A stretch of DNA of 64,000 nucleotides from an uncultured Phycisphaerales bacterium (lineage in GTDB: Bacteria; Planctomycetota; Phycisphaerae; Sedimentisphaerales; Anaerobacaceae): NCBI GenBank assembly GCA_963772725.1, contig CAVYYI010000001.1, positions 1,152,001 to 1,216,000 of the forward strand, read 5' to 3'. Under the pieces are notes generated by a model. It did no database searches. It was not told where the DNA came from and worked only from the letters and a program-made list of their open reading frames with translations. The position numbers and the translations under genes were made by a program. How positions within the stretch are numbered: position 1 is the first letter of the stretch; every line of letters starts with the position of its first letter. Shown here in pieces: positions 1-11,933 of this stretch.

Positions 1-281
1 AAGTGCGAAAATCAACACATTCAACGCTATCAGCCCGTAGTTAGCGTAAGGCGTCCTAATCGACTTTATATTCGTCCTGATTGGCAGTATTATAAGCATA
101 ATTCATTTAACCAACGTAAAACTGTTCAAACTTAAAAACGCCATATTCTAATACGAAAAACACGCTTATACAAGGATTAAAGCGTGAAACTGGCGGGCAG
201 CTCGTAAATATGTCCAAAAAAGGAAAAAAGCTTATTTTTTTTGTTTTTTCGGCAAGGACATATTATAATATCTTCTGAAAT

Positions 282-906
282 ATGACTACAGAGAAGAAAA
301 GAAAAACAGCTAAGGCCTTATCTCTGGCAGTGATTATCACAGGCGTTATAGTTATAGCGGGCTGGATATTTGATATCGCTATATTAAAGAGTATTTCGCC
401 GGCGTGGGTTTCAATGAAATTTGATACGGCAATCGCTTTTCTCCTCAGCGGTATCAGTCTTTATTTTATTGTCAGGGCTTTGGAAGGCGAATTCGACAAG
501 GCACAAGTCGCCCTTTCCAGTAATCTCTCTGATTATTATTCTTCTTATGGGAACATTATTTTTCTCCACTCTTTTTAAGCTCCATACAGGAACTGAAGAT
601 TTATTTATTAAAGATTCGCCTGACGCTGCAAAGACCGTAATACCCGGCCAGCCCTCGCTGCCCACGGCTGTAAATTTCATATTGATTGCCCTGGCCGCCA
701 TTTTAACTACCCTGAACCCCAAAAAAATCTCTTTAAAGCTCAGACTTATCGGTTTCATTGTTGCCGCAATCGGTATCATAGCTATAGTCGGATACATTAT
801 TAATGCTCCATCCCTTTATTACTATATCGAAGACAGGAATTCCGCCATGGCCTGCCACACCGCCGGATTATTTGTCTTATTGGGAACAGGATTGCTATGT
901 CTATAA
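282..906 (+). CDS. Multi-pass membrane sensor-type protein, split by a frameshift near 515
   Basis: ORFs 282..578 and 421..906 join into one hydrophobic protein (GWIFDI..SMKFDTAIAF..PSLPTAVNF..AMACHTA) resembling the membrane domains that precede histidine kinases; overlaps the kinase start. Confidence 0.6.
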
Positions 907-3900
907 AACTTAAACTTACCATTATGTTCCTGGCTATTGCGGTAATCCCCCTGCTTTTCGTCAGTGTCTTAACCTACACTAATTATAAAAATTCCCTCGA
1001 AGCGAATCGCATCGATGATTTGCAGAATATCGCCGCCTTTAAGGCGGATAAAATAGAAACATACTTCGCCGGATTAAAGGCCCACATAACAATAGCCCAA
1101 AGCTACTACAATATTAAGAAAAATCTTCCCATACTATCCCGCTTTGCAGATGACCCCAGCAATACGCAATTTTTTGCCGCTAAAAAAATGCTTGATGGGC
1201 AATTACAGCAGATGCAGTCACTTTCAGATGTGACTGATATTATGCTGGTTAATCCGAAAGGGAAAGTTGTTTACTCAACTAATCCTGCCCATTCAAAATT
1301 CTTTTTGAATCCGCTTTCCGACCCGGAACAGAAAGCCTTTGAACAAGGCAGAAACAGCGTTTATTTTTCGGATATCTTTTCAAATCCGGAAAATAACAAT
1401 AAGCCCGGAATACTGATTACTGCACCGGCTGTCGATTTTAACGACACTTTCATCGGAATTATTGCGTTTGAAGTTGATATGGCCCCCATTTATAATCTGA
1501 TAGAAGATAGAACGGGGCTCGGGAAAACTGGCGAAACCCTCATTGGTAAAAAAATAGGCAATCAGGCCGTATTTCTAAATCCATTAAGATATGACCCAAA
1601 TATAGTCCTTGAAAGTAAAATCAATATAGGAGGCAAGTCTGGCCATCCCATCATGGAGGCTGTTCAGGGCAAAACAGGGGCAGGCCGCGATATTGATTAT
1701 CGTGGCAAAAAAGTTATTGCCGCCTGGCGTTATATACCATCCTTAGACTGGGGAATGGTCACTAAAATCGACACAAAAGAAGCCTTCGCTGAGATAACTA
1801 ATTTAAGAAACCTGATGCTGATAATTCTGGCAATCGTTTGTTCTTTAAGCTCTGTAATGGCGTTCTCCATCGCACAGTCAATTTCAGTGCCTATCGAAAA
1901 ACTGGCTAAAGGAACGCAGATAATCGGAAGCGGAAATTTAGACGTCCAATTAGCGACTAATTCAAAGGACGAAATCGGCCAGCTTTCAAGGTCATTCGAT
2001 AAAATGACCTATTATTTAAAAACCACAACTGCCTCAAGAGATGAATTAAACAGGGAAATCGACGAAAGAAAACATGCTGAAATTGCACTGCGGGAAAGTC
2101 AGGCCGACCTGAACCGCGCACAGGCTGTTGCGCATATCGGAAGCTGGCGACTGGATATCAGGAAAAATATTTTAACATGGTCTGACGAAAATCATAAAAT
2201 CTTCGGCATTCCCAAAGGCACGCCGATGACTTATGAGACATTTCTGACTGCCATTCATCCCGATGACAGGGATTACGTCGATAAAAAATGGCAGGCCGCT
2301 CTGAAAGGTGAGCCTTATGATATAGAACATCGAATCGTTGTTGAGGGACAGCTAAAGTGGGTATTTGAAAAAGCTTATCTTGAATTCACCGAAGACGGTG
2401 AACTTTTAGGTGGTTTCGGCATCACTCAGGATATTTCTGAACGCAAGCAGGCCGAAGACGCTATTCGCAGAAGTGCGGAACGCTTTGAAATCCTTTCTGA
2501 AACCGCAGGACAACTTCTCCAAAGCAAGCAGCCGCAAAATATTGTAAATGCCCTTTGCGCAAGGGTAATGAATCATCTCAACTGCCACATCTTCATCAAT
2601 TATCTCGTTGATGAACAAATTCATCGCCTGCACCTCAATACTTTCGGCGGAATTACCGACCAAACCGCAAAAAAAATCGAATGGCTCGATTTCGGTCAGG
2701 CTATCTGTGGATGTGTCGTAAGAGATGGAAAACCAATTATCGCCGAAAATATTCAGCAGTCCTGCGACGCTCGCGCGGACCTTGTCCGTTCGTTCGGTAT
2801 CAGAGCTTACGCCTGCCATCCCATTATGTCACAGGGTAAAGTATCGGGAACATTATCCTTCGGGACAAAAGCAAGAACCACCTTCGGCCCAGACGATTTA
2901 TCGCTGATGAAAAGCGTTACCGACCAGGTCGCCGTCGCTATGGAACGAATCAGAGCAGAAGAACAACTCCAAAAAGCCAACGAAACTCTCGAAGAAACCG
3001 TTCGACAGCGCACCAGCGAGTTAACCCTTACAGTTGAGACACTTGAAAAAACGGAAAAAATCATTAAGTCCGAACGTAAGCGTTTCGAAAACGTTCTCGA
3101 AATGATGCCCGCCTACGCCGTTCTGCTCACTCCCGATTATCGCGTCGCTTACGCCAATCACACCTTCCGTGAATGGTTCGGCAATGACAACGGAAAGAAA
3201 TGCCATGAGTTTCTATTTAATCTTGCAGAACCCTGCGAAAACTGCCAGACTTATAATGTTCTCAAAACCAACAAATCACAGTTCTGGGAATGGACCGGCC
3301 CCAACGACCATAATTACGACATCTACGATTATCCCTTCACCGACACAGACGGCTCACCTCTGATTATGGAAATCGGTGTCGATGTTACCGCTCACAAACA
3401 GGCACAAGAGGCTTTGCGGGCGTCATCACTATATTCACGAAGCCTTATCGAATCTTCTCTCAACCCGCTTGTAACAATCAGCGCCGATGGAAAAATTACA
3501 GATGTTAATGAAGCAACTGTGAATGTTACAGGTATTCCGCGAAATAATCTTATTGGTACGGACTTTTCAAATTATTTCACACAACCCCAAAAAGCGAGAG
3601 AAGGTTATCAGCAGGTATTTGCAAAGGGATTCGTTACAGACTATCCTCTGACAATTCGCCACAAAAACGGCAAACTTACTGACGTTCTTTATAACGCCGC
3701 TGTTTATACGGATACACACGGCAATGTCATCGGCGTTTTTGCAGCCGCCCGCGATATCACCGAGCGTAAAGCTGCTCAAGAAAAACAAACCTTTACAAAT
3801 TCGCTACTCGAACTGTTCGCCAGGAAAACCTCCCGAAAAAAATATCTCGATGCCACTGTAAATGTTATTCGGCAATGGTCAGGATGTGAATTTGTCGGCA

Positions 3901-5073
3901 TTCGAATAAAAGACAATCAGGGCAATATCCCTTATGAATCGCAGACAGGTTTCGACAAAGACTTTTTGGCACTCGAAAATGCGATCAATCTCGAACGAGA
4001 TAACTGTTTTTGCATTCGCGCAATTAAGGGGCATGCTCTCTATCAGGAAAAAAAATTAATAACCGCCGGCGGCGCTTTTTTACTGCAATGATTCCGGCGC
4101 TTTCCTGGCGGGACTTACAACCGAGCAGGCAAAAGATTATCGCGGCATCTGCATAAAAATGGGGTTTAATTCCATTGCCGTCATTCCAATTCGTTACGGC
4201 AATGAAGTCATCGGCGCTATCCATCTTACCGACCATAATAAGGATATGGTTGCTTTGCCAAAAATTCAGTTTATCGAATCAACCATGGCACCGCTCATCG
4301 GGGAGGCCGTTCGGAAATTCAACGCGGAGGCAGAACTCGAAAAATATCGTCTCGGCCTCGAGGAATTAGTCAAACATCGCACGGAAGAACTGACAAGGTC
4401 AAATAAAGACCTCGAACAATTCGCCTATGTCGCAAGCCACGACCTTCAGGAGCCTCTGCGGGCAGTAGGCGGTTTTACCGAACTGCTCAATCGCCGTTTG
4501 AAAGAAAAAACTGACGAGCGCTCCCAGGAATATATGCGATTCGTCATTGATGGCGTCGTAAGAATGCAGTCGCTTATCAGCGGCCTTCTCGAGTACTCAC
4601 GCATCGGAACTCGCGGCAAAACTCCCGAACCCATAAATATAATAGCTTCCATCGACCGCGCCATTATGAACCTCCATGCAGCTATCCGTGAATCCTCCGC
4701 TGAAATTACTATTGATTCCCTGCCTACTGTAAATGCCGACGCGACACAGATGGCTCAAGTCTTCCAGAACCTTCTCGGTAACGCCATTAAATTCAGAGGC
4801 GAACAGCCCCTCAAAATACATATTTCTGCGACTCGCGACACAGACTTCTGGCGCTTTGCCGTAAAAGATAACGGCATAGGCATCAATCCCCAGTATTCCG
4901 AAAGAATATTCCTTATCTTCCAGCGGCTTCACACACGTGAAAAATATCCAGGCACAGGCATCGGTCTGGCACTTTGTAAAAAAATCGTGGAACGCCACGG
5001 TGGAAAAATATGGGTCGAATCCATGCCCGGACTGGGTTCAACTTTCTACTTTACTATTCCGGTTGGAGGTTAA
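897..5073 (+). CDS. Sensor histidine kinase (TM-Cache-TM-HAMP-PAS-GAF-PAS-PAS-GAF-HisKA-HATPase), frameshift near 4080
   Basis: HAMP ([13 protein letters not shown]), PAS/PAC ([15 protein letters not shown]), H-box [11 protein letters not shown]-box [11 protein letters not shown]-boxes DNGIGI and GTGIGL; break falls at a T-run inside the last GAF. Confidence 0.9.
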
Positions 5074-5078
5074 CTATC

Positions 5079-5531
5079 GTGTTAAATTTATCAAATGGCA
5101 GACTGGTTGAGATTTTGCTCGTCGAAGACAGCCCCAGCGACGCCGCTCTTACCGTAGAGGCGCTCGAAGCCGGCAAAATCGCAAATACACTTAATCGCGT
5201 CGAAGACGGCGTCGAAGCGATGGATTATCTTCATCGCAAAGGCAAATACGCCAATGCCGCACGCCCCGATTTGATTCTGCTTGACCTCAATCTCCCACGC
5301 AAAGACGGCCGCGAGGTTTTGCATGAATTGAAAAACGACCCTGCCCTTAGAATGATTCCTATCGTCGTTCTAACTACCTCGCATGCAGAGCAGGATGTCA
5401 TTCAATCCTATGAATCGCACGCCAACTGCTATATAACCAAACCCGTCAGTTTTGAGCAGTTTATAAATGTTGTAAAATCAATAGAACAATTTTGGTTAAC
5501 GGTCGTCAGTTTGCCGCCTAATAATAAATAA
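5079..5531 (+). CDS. Single-domain response regulator (Rcp1-like)
   Basis: [38 protein letters not shown] start 5 nt after the kinase stop. Confidence 0.92.
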   Translation: MLNLSNGRLVEILLVEDSPSDAALTVEALEAGKIANTLNRVEDGVEAMDYLHRKGKYANAARPDLILLDLNLPRKDGREVLHELKNDPALRMIPIVVLTTSHAEQDVIQSYESHANCYITKPVSFEQFINVVKSIEQFWLTVVSLPPNNK

Positions 5532-5631
5532 GAGTCTTGCAAAAATGTGAACAAACATATACTATTTAAAAAAATCGCAGAGCGATTTTCTTAAAATAAT
5601 AAATTTTTTCTGCTAAAGCTAAATTATAAAA

Positions 5632-7268
5632 ATGTCAGAAAAACCTTTGGAAATCCTGCTTATCGAAGATAACCCCGCCGATGCCGTACTGTTTCAGGAA
5701 ACTATAATGCAAAATGAGCCGGATACATTTCACGTTACCGTTGCCCCGAGTTTCGCTGTCGCCACAGATTATCTTAAAAACACTGTTTTTGACGCTATGC
5801 TCCTGGACTTGTCCCTGCCTGACAGCAGCGGTTTAGACACTGTTTTCAGGGCCCGCAATATTTCACCCAACATCCCCGTCGTCGTTCTCACCGGCATCGC
5901 CGATGAAACCATAGGTACCGAGGCCATTCGTCACGGAGTTCAGGATTATCTTGTTAAAGGACAGGCCGATACCCAGCAGATTTCAAGAGCCATTCGTTAT
6001 GCCATCGAACGCAAAATCGCTCAAAACGAGCGTGAAATCTCCATTGAACTTCTCAAGCTCGTAAATTCCAATCGTACAGTCGATGATGTTATCAAAGCCG
6101 CCGTTGCTTTCTTCAGGGAAAAAACAGGCTGTGACGCCACCGGCATTAGCCTTAAACACGGTGAAGATTATCCTTTTAGTAATTCCGCCGGCTTTTCAGA
6201 ACAGTCTGTCGCATCTCAAAACTCTGTTCTAATTCGTAACAAATACGAAAACTACGCCTTAAACTATACAAACCTTAACATAATTCTCAACCGCCTCAAA
6301 TCTGTCGGCCACCTTTTTACAGATAACGGTTCTTTCTGGACAAATAACGCTTCACGATTTCTTGACAGCATCGAAGATTCAGACCGGCGGCAGCAAATAA
6401 AATCTTTTTGCAACCTCGAAAGTTTTGAATCCGCCGCTATCATTCCCCTGCGCGTCGGAAACGAACCGATAGGCATTATTCAAATACACGACCGCCGCAA
6501 GGAAAAATTCACCGCTGAGGCAATTCATCTTTGGGAGCGATTGTCGGATACTTTCGCGATTGCACTGGCCAAACTCCAGGCCGACGATGCCCTTCGACGA
6601 AGTGAAGAGCAGCAGCACATCGAGCAGGAAGTCCTTATGGCTATCGAGGCACAGCAGCGGGACATCGGCCAAAATCTCCATGACAGCATCCAAGGCAGTC
6701 TCGCCGGAATCAAATTTTTGCTCGAATCACTAAAAAGAACCTTAAATAAGAACTCCGCCCAAACCTCTGATATTGCTAAGGAAGTTGATGGAATAATAGA
6801 CATAGTCAGGCAGACCGTCAACCAGACAAGGGCGCTTGCCCGCGGCTCAATCCCATTGAGATAAAGGATGGAAACCTGACAACCGTTCTCCACAATCTCG
6901 TATCGAACACTGCTAATTTTTCACACATTGATTGCAGCCTGGAATGTGACGACACAATTCCACCGCAAGGCAAAACCGCCGCAACACAGCTTTATTACAT
7001 CTGTCAGGAGGCTATCAACAACGCCCTAAAACATAGCAAATGCAAAACAATTACGATTTCCCTGCATAACCGTGATGGCTCCTTACAACTTATTGTCGAA
7101 GACGACGGAATCGGCCTGCCAAAGGATTTAGGAATTGATAAGGGAATCGGCATGTGGACAATGACGTGTCGGGCTAAAATGATTGGCGCTGCTCTCGAAA
7201 TTCGCAGACGTAAGCCCTCCGGCACCGTTGTGGACTGCCGCCTTGCACAAATCGAAATACACAGTTAA
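5632..7268 (+). CDS. Hybrid REC-GAF-HisKA_3-HATPase histidine kinase, frameshift near 6855
   Basis: N-terminal receiver (ILLIEDN, LLDLSLPDS), IGQNLHDSI H-box; the downstream frame reads QEAINNALKHS..VEDDGIG..GIGMWTM and stops at TAA 7266-7268. Confidence 0.85.
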
Positions 7269-7552
7269 GCCATGTTGTCTCCTGAAAATCCGAAGTTTAA
7301 TGTAATTTTATTTTTATATGATTCGCCCTTTTTGACCTGTTAAAACAGGTTTTTCACTTTATCAGGCCTTTTACGGTATAATTATTTGTTATAAATGATA
7401 TTTTTCTGTTGCATATTTTAATTATTATGTTCTAATGGCAATAGTTTAGACAAAAGGGGCTGTATTATTCCATCTGTCGGTAGTACCTCCCTAAGAAATA
7501 AAGGCAGAGATTTATTTGATTGCTCTTGAAAAAGGGCAAAGGAGAAATGCAA

Positions 7553-7756
7553 GTGAGTAAAGGTACAGTAAAATGGTTTAACGCATCCAAAGGTTTCGGA
7601 TTTATTGCTCCTGATGATGGAGGCGCAGATTTGTTCGTCCATCATTCGGAAATTAAGACCAACGGCTACGCGACTCTCGATGAAGGCCAAAAGGTTGATT
7701 TCGAGGTCGGACAGGGCAAAAAAGGCCCATGCGCGACCAACGTCGTTCCCAGCTAA
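7553..7756 (+). CDS. cspA: Cold-shock protein (CspA family)
   Basis: [41 protein letters not shown] upstream; long upstream non-coding region. Confidence 0.95.
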   Translation: MSKGTVKWFNASKGFGFIAPDDGGADLFVHHSEIKTNGYATLDEGQKVDFEVGQGKKGPCATNVVPS

Positions 7757-7782
7757 CAAAATTAGTTAAAACGGTGTAAAAC

Positions 7783-7813
7783 AAAGGCCCCGCTGATTTG
7801 CGGGGCTTTTTTT
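7783..7813 (+). terminator. Rho-independent terminator (probably bidirectional)
   Basis: GCCCCGC-tgattt-GCGGGGC followed by a T-run, between convergent genes. Confidence 0.85.
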
Positions 7814-7830
7814 ATCTAAAAAGCGGACGG

Positions 7831-8153
7831 TCAATACCAAATCGTAATTATGATGTTCGGCTCGGTATTCTTACCCTGAACTTCGCCTGTCGTTGTACTT
7901 GTCTGCTTTACAATAACTCCAGGATTATTCCTCAGCCAGTCTGTAATCTGTTCATCGAGAAAAGGTAATGCTCCGGGGTGCAGTTTCGTAAAGAAAGTCT
8001 TAACGCCGGTAATACGGTCTCCCGAAACTGTCTGTTTTTTATCCAGCGGCCTCGCCGATGGCGCGGTCACAGGCGCAGGTCCCCGCCGCCATCAAACGGA
8101 ATTGGTTTATTACGCTCGTCCGCCGGGGGATTGTTAATGTTTGAATTATCCAT
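7831..8153 (-). CDS. Small hypothetical protein; probable frameshift near 8075
   Basis: ORF 7831..8070 (TFFTKLH..LDEQITDWL..IIITIWY); an ATG at 8153 with an AAGGGAGA RBS lies in another frame. Confidence 0.6.
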
Positions 8154-8317
8154 AATCCGGTCTCCCTTAAAAATTATTTATATTCAAACCTGCCTTGCCT
8201 TGCGCAATATCTTATCATATTTACCGCCAGTGTTAAAAGTTTTTATTAAATTTTATCTTTTGCTCTTTCCACCGGCATTATATAATAACGGCGTTACATA
8301 TTTTAAGGGAATTTAAT

Positions 8318-8713
8318 ATGAAAAGACAAATACTCGGATTGTCAGTCATAGCTGTTATATGTTTATGCCTGTGCGGCTGCGTCGAACGCCGCCTCACTAT
8401 AAATACCCAGCCGCAGGGTGCGGTAGTCCTGTTAAACGATGAGGAAATCGGCGAATCGCCCGTTACAACATCCTTCAACTGGTACGGCGATTATAACGTC
8501 AAGATAAGTAAGCCCGGTTTTGAAACATTAAAAACCCATCGCCTGCTCAAAGGCCCATGGTACGACAAATTCCCATTCGACTTTTTCGCACAGGTCATCA
8601 TTCCAAAAAGAATCGTCAATAGTTACGACTGGGCTTTTGAACTTAAACAGGAAACCCCTCCAAATCGCGAAAAACTTATTAACGACGCAGAAAACCTCAA
8701 AAAACAGCTTTAA
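8318..8713 (+). CDS. PEGA-domain lipoprotein
   Basis: Lipobox LCGC, then LTINTQPQGAVVLLNDEEIGESP and YNVKISKPGF. Confidence 0.85.
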   Translation: MKRQILGLSVIAVICLCLCGCVERRLTINTQPQGAVVLLNDEEIGESPVTTSFNWYGDYNVKISKPGFETLKTHRLLKGPWYDKFPFDFFAQVIIPKRIVNSYDWAFELKQETPPNREKLINDAENLKKQL

Positions 8714-8801
8714 CCCGCCAAATGCCCCGCCATCCCGTTTAGCCGTAGCCGCCATGCGGTGAGCAGAGTCGAACCGAACGGCGACACCGTTTCCGGAATT
8801 A

Positions 8802-9647
8802 TTATAGTTTGTTTCGCAACTGTTCGAGTTCGGTGGCTTTTCGAAGGATTGTTTTTTCCTTGCGTGTCAGGCTATGAATCCCGGACTGGTGAACCTTCTC
8901 AAGAATCCGGTCAACCTCAAACTGAAGATTTCGTTCCGCCGCAACGTTCTTATTCCAGCGACGGGCTTTAATCTTCAACCTGAACATATTACGCAGCGGC
9001 TGTGAGAATACATAAGCCGCACCGGCAGCCATACCTGCCAGATGTGCCGCATCGCCGCCTGCGTTTGCCCCTGCCGTCAAAACATTTACGAGATAAACGG
9101 CTGTAAAACCAATTGCCGCAATCCTTATAGGCACAGGAAATACTAAGATGAAAACGACAAAATGCGGGAAAAGAATCGCGCACGCGGCAAGCATTCCGAG
9201 TATCGCGCCAGATGCCCCTACCATCGGCCCAACATCCGGAAAATGCGCCGCGGTCAGCAGCGTATAAAATATCCCGCCGGCGATTCCGCAGCCGAGATAA
9301 AATACGAGAAATCTTCTGCTTCCGTAATTCTGTTCAAGCACCGGCCCTAAAAAGAACAAGCCAAGCATATTGAAAAATATATGCCCTATATTGGCGTGCA
9401 GAAACTGGTAAGTTACAAGCCGCCAAACCTGAAGCATCGCTCCAGGAGAATCCGGCCACACGGAAAACCATTTCTCAAAAAAATCATGGACAGGCACTGA
9501 TAACGACAGCAGAAATATAACCGTATTGATAATCAAAAGCCACTTGACTACAGGCGTAAGCGAAGGCATGCCCATTCGCATCTGAGGGGCATTGCGAAAA
9601 TCAGACTGATAATGCTCCTGAGTATAATCTCTATCGTAAAGACCCAT
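8802..9647 (-). CDS. Rhomboid family intramembrane serine protease
   Basis: WRLVTYQFLH, HIFFNM, GASGA catalytic Ser, AHLAG; C-terminal VDRILEKVHQSGIHSLT tail. Confidence 0.93.
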   Translation of the reverse strand: MGLYDRDYTQEHYQSDFRNAPQMRMGMPSLTPVVKWLLIINTVIFLLSLSVPVHDFFEKWFSVWPDSPGAMLQVWRLVTYQFLHANIGHIFFNMLGLFFLGPVLEQNYGSRRFLVFYLGCGIAGGIFYTLLTAAHFPDVGPMVGASGAILGMLAACAILFPHFVVFILVFPVPIRIAAIGFTAVYLVNVLTAGANAGGDAAHLAGMAAGAAYVFSQPLRNMFRLKIKARRWNKNVAAERNLQFEVDRILEKVHQSGIHSLTRKEKTILRKATELEQLRNKL

Positions 9648-10061
9648 ATTTATTCCCGATTGCCGAACTATTATATAAAGCCACAGCCCTTTATTTTATC
9701 AGAAATTTCACGAAATGTTCAAAAAAACTAAAAAACTTGACAGAACGCATAAGAAAAGTTACTTCTTTCCTTGTATTTTGCAAAAAAAATGGAAGTAAAA
9801 AGGTTTACGTCTGCCCACAATTTTTATCTCCGTAGAAGAACCGGGGTTCCATAATATTATCAGTGATTCAGAGATGGTTGGCAAACTCGCTTGTGCCAAT
9901 GAAATTATTATTATAACAGCATCTCGACGACCTGTCCGTCGCAGTTTTAACGAAGATGGAAGTCGAGATTCTGCAATCCTTCGACTCTGTTCAGGACAAG
10001 TTTTGCATTTTAAACTTTGATTTTTGAACTTTCAAACCAGCCTTCGGTCAGTTTGAGTTTT

Positions 10062-10400
10062 TTAGCCCTGTTTTTTGTGCGATGCAGTTTCAGGACACCC
10101 TGCGGGAGTTATATAAAGATGCGTTCGCCGCCAGTATCTTGCGAATTTATCAGAATACCTGTTAATCCAGTCGATTAGAGCCTGCCGCCCAAGGTCGCAC
10201 TGGCTTTTCTCCGATTCAATCCACTTATGACACTCCATCTCCTCTCTTTGATAGGTCATATACGCCTCGAGCGCATACTGATCATTATGATAAACGATTT
10301 TCTTTTGCTCCTCATCGTAATGACATTTATCACCGAACCGGGCAAGTTCCGCACGCATTCGAGCGGCTACATGCGGGCTGAAATCCTTCTCAATCGACAT
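10062..10400 (-). CDS. Hypothetical protein with a DUF4032-like motif
   Basis: QREEMECHKWIESEKSQCDLGRQALIDWI; GGAGG RBS upstream. Confidence 0.6.
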   Translation of the reverse strand: MSIEKDFSPHVAARMRAELARFGDKCHYDEEQKKIVYHNDQYALEAYMTYQREEMECHKWIESEKSQCDLGRQALIDWINRYSDKFARYWRRTHLYITPAGCPETASHKKQG

Positions 10401-10544
10401 TATAATATTGCCTCCCTGTTATTGTTGGCCATATGTCTTTTAAAACTCCAAAAAACCAGCCTTAGCATATTAAAATGCAAACACTTCACCTATTCTAGCA
10501 GTCATTATACCATTTAATCGTTCAAATGTCAAGAGATTTCGCCT

Positions 10545-10880
10545 TATTCACCGCGGAGGGGCCGCAGAGAAAAACGTACAGCGTGGAGCGTATAGCGTCG
10601 AGATACAAACAACGATTTTTATCCACAGATTTCACTGCCTGCCTTGAGCAACGTCGAAATGGATTTTTACGATTTTATTTTCCCGCAAAGGCGCAAAGAG
10701 GCAAAGAGGCAAAGATTTTTTGACTGGATTACTCGCCGTGCTGCGCCCGCCGCAGCAGGCAGGATTTAATCGGAAATTGTTATACGCTCTACACTACCCG
10801 CTGTACGCGGTACTTTTTTTCACCACTCCTTCGACTTTGCTCAGGACGGTGAGCCTGTCGAACCGGAAGACACGAAGGTG
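10545..10880. repeat. Cluster of short dispersed REP-like repeats
   Basis: CGTACAGCGTGGAGCGTATA (10575) with an imperfect inverted partner near 10781-10808; GCAAAGAG tandem (10684-10715); CCTTCGACTTTGCTCAGGAC hairpin-type element (10829); relatives at 9930-10030, 52561-52705, 57175-57250, 62712-62820. Confidence 0.65.
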
Positions 10881-11480
10881 TTTCTTAGATATGATTTGAT
10901 AACGACTAAATCGGCCACAGAACACAGCACGGATTACCAATTTTTGCCCTTCTTTTTGAACTATCGAGATTTCCTCGGTAGTTGACTTCAGCTCAAGCTC
11001 TCTTTCCGTATAAATATTTTGTAACCATTCACAGTTTTTGAAAAAAGATTCATAAAAATCTCAAAATATTAAAATAGGTAACTTGCGCCATTGCGTGATA
11101 TATGGTAAAAATGGCGTATGGAAAACAAAGACGCCGTCGGACTTAAACCCCTGAACGAATTTGTTTATCATTCAACAGATTTGTTTGCCTGAGAAGATGT
11201 ACAGGGTAATCGAACATCGAGCCAGAAAATATCTTGATACTGTCACAGGAAAAATACACATTGCTCCTATGCCGGATGGAATTCGCAAAGGCGGATTGCT
11301 TGGTGCTGGAATTATTGGCCGAGCGTCGGCACTAACAGCGAACAATCAGATTTGTGCAAACGATGCATTGAAGCGGTCGGGAATTCTTTATCCGCAGATT
11401 AACGCAGATAAAAAAAATATTAAAAAGTAAAGATACAGATTAAAAAGCAAAATGTTACTGTAGAGCGGCAAAGAGATAAA

Positions 11481-11885
11481 ATGCCTGAAATAAGGCGAGT
11501 ATTGAATATGAATACTGACCGTTCGATAAATTTTATTTCCAAATATCTTACCGTGCTTGGCATATTTCAACTTATGGGTTTGAACCTCGCAGTTTTTTTT
11601 TGGTTGATATGGGCAAAGGGAATTAAAGAACATTGCTCTTCTTCACGCAATTGGGTTTTTGCAATCCACGGAATTTATTTGGCGATTTTTATTGTCATAG
11701 GCGTATGGGGCATAATTAAGCCATCGATATTTCAGAAATTCATAATATTTGAGATGTTGTTTTGTATCCCCCTGTGGATGGGCATAGGTCTTTGGCTAAT
11801 TTTCGCAGCAATATATCTTATTCCGGTAATTATGTTTTGCCGTGATGATGTTGCTCATCAGTTTGTGAACAATAAAAAATTGTAG
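11481..11885 (+). CDS. Hypothetical membrane protein
   Basis: 134-aa ORF with three to four hydrophobic segments. Confidence 0.55.
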   Translation: MPEIRRVLNMNTDRSINFISKYLTVLGIFQLMGLNLAVFFWLIWAKGIKEHCSSSRNWVFAIHGIYLAIFIVIGVWGIIKPSIFQKFIIFEMLFCIPLWMGIGLWLIFAAIYLIPVIMFCRDDVAHQFVNNKKL

Positions 11886-11933
11886 GAACATTTAATACTG
11901 ACCAAGGCTGTATGGGGGGATTTTTACAAGCAG

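Noticed and set aside
10890..11430. Degraded gene remnants or short ORFs (e.g. 11161..11430)
   Set aside because: No convincing start, RBS or recognisable motif.
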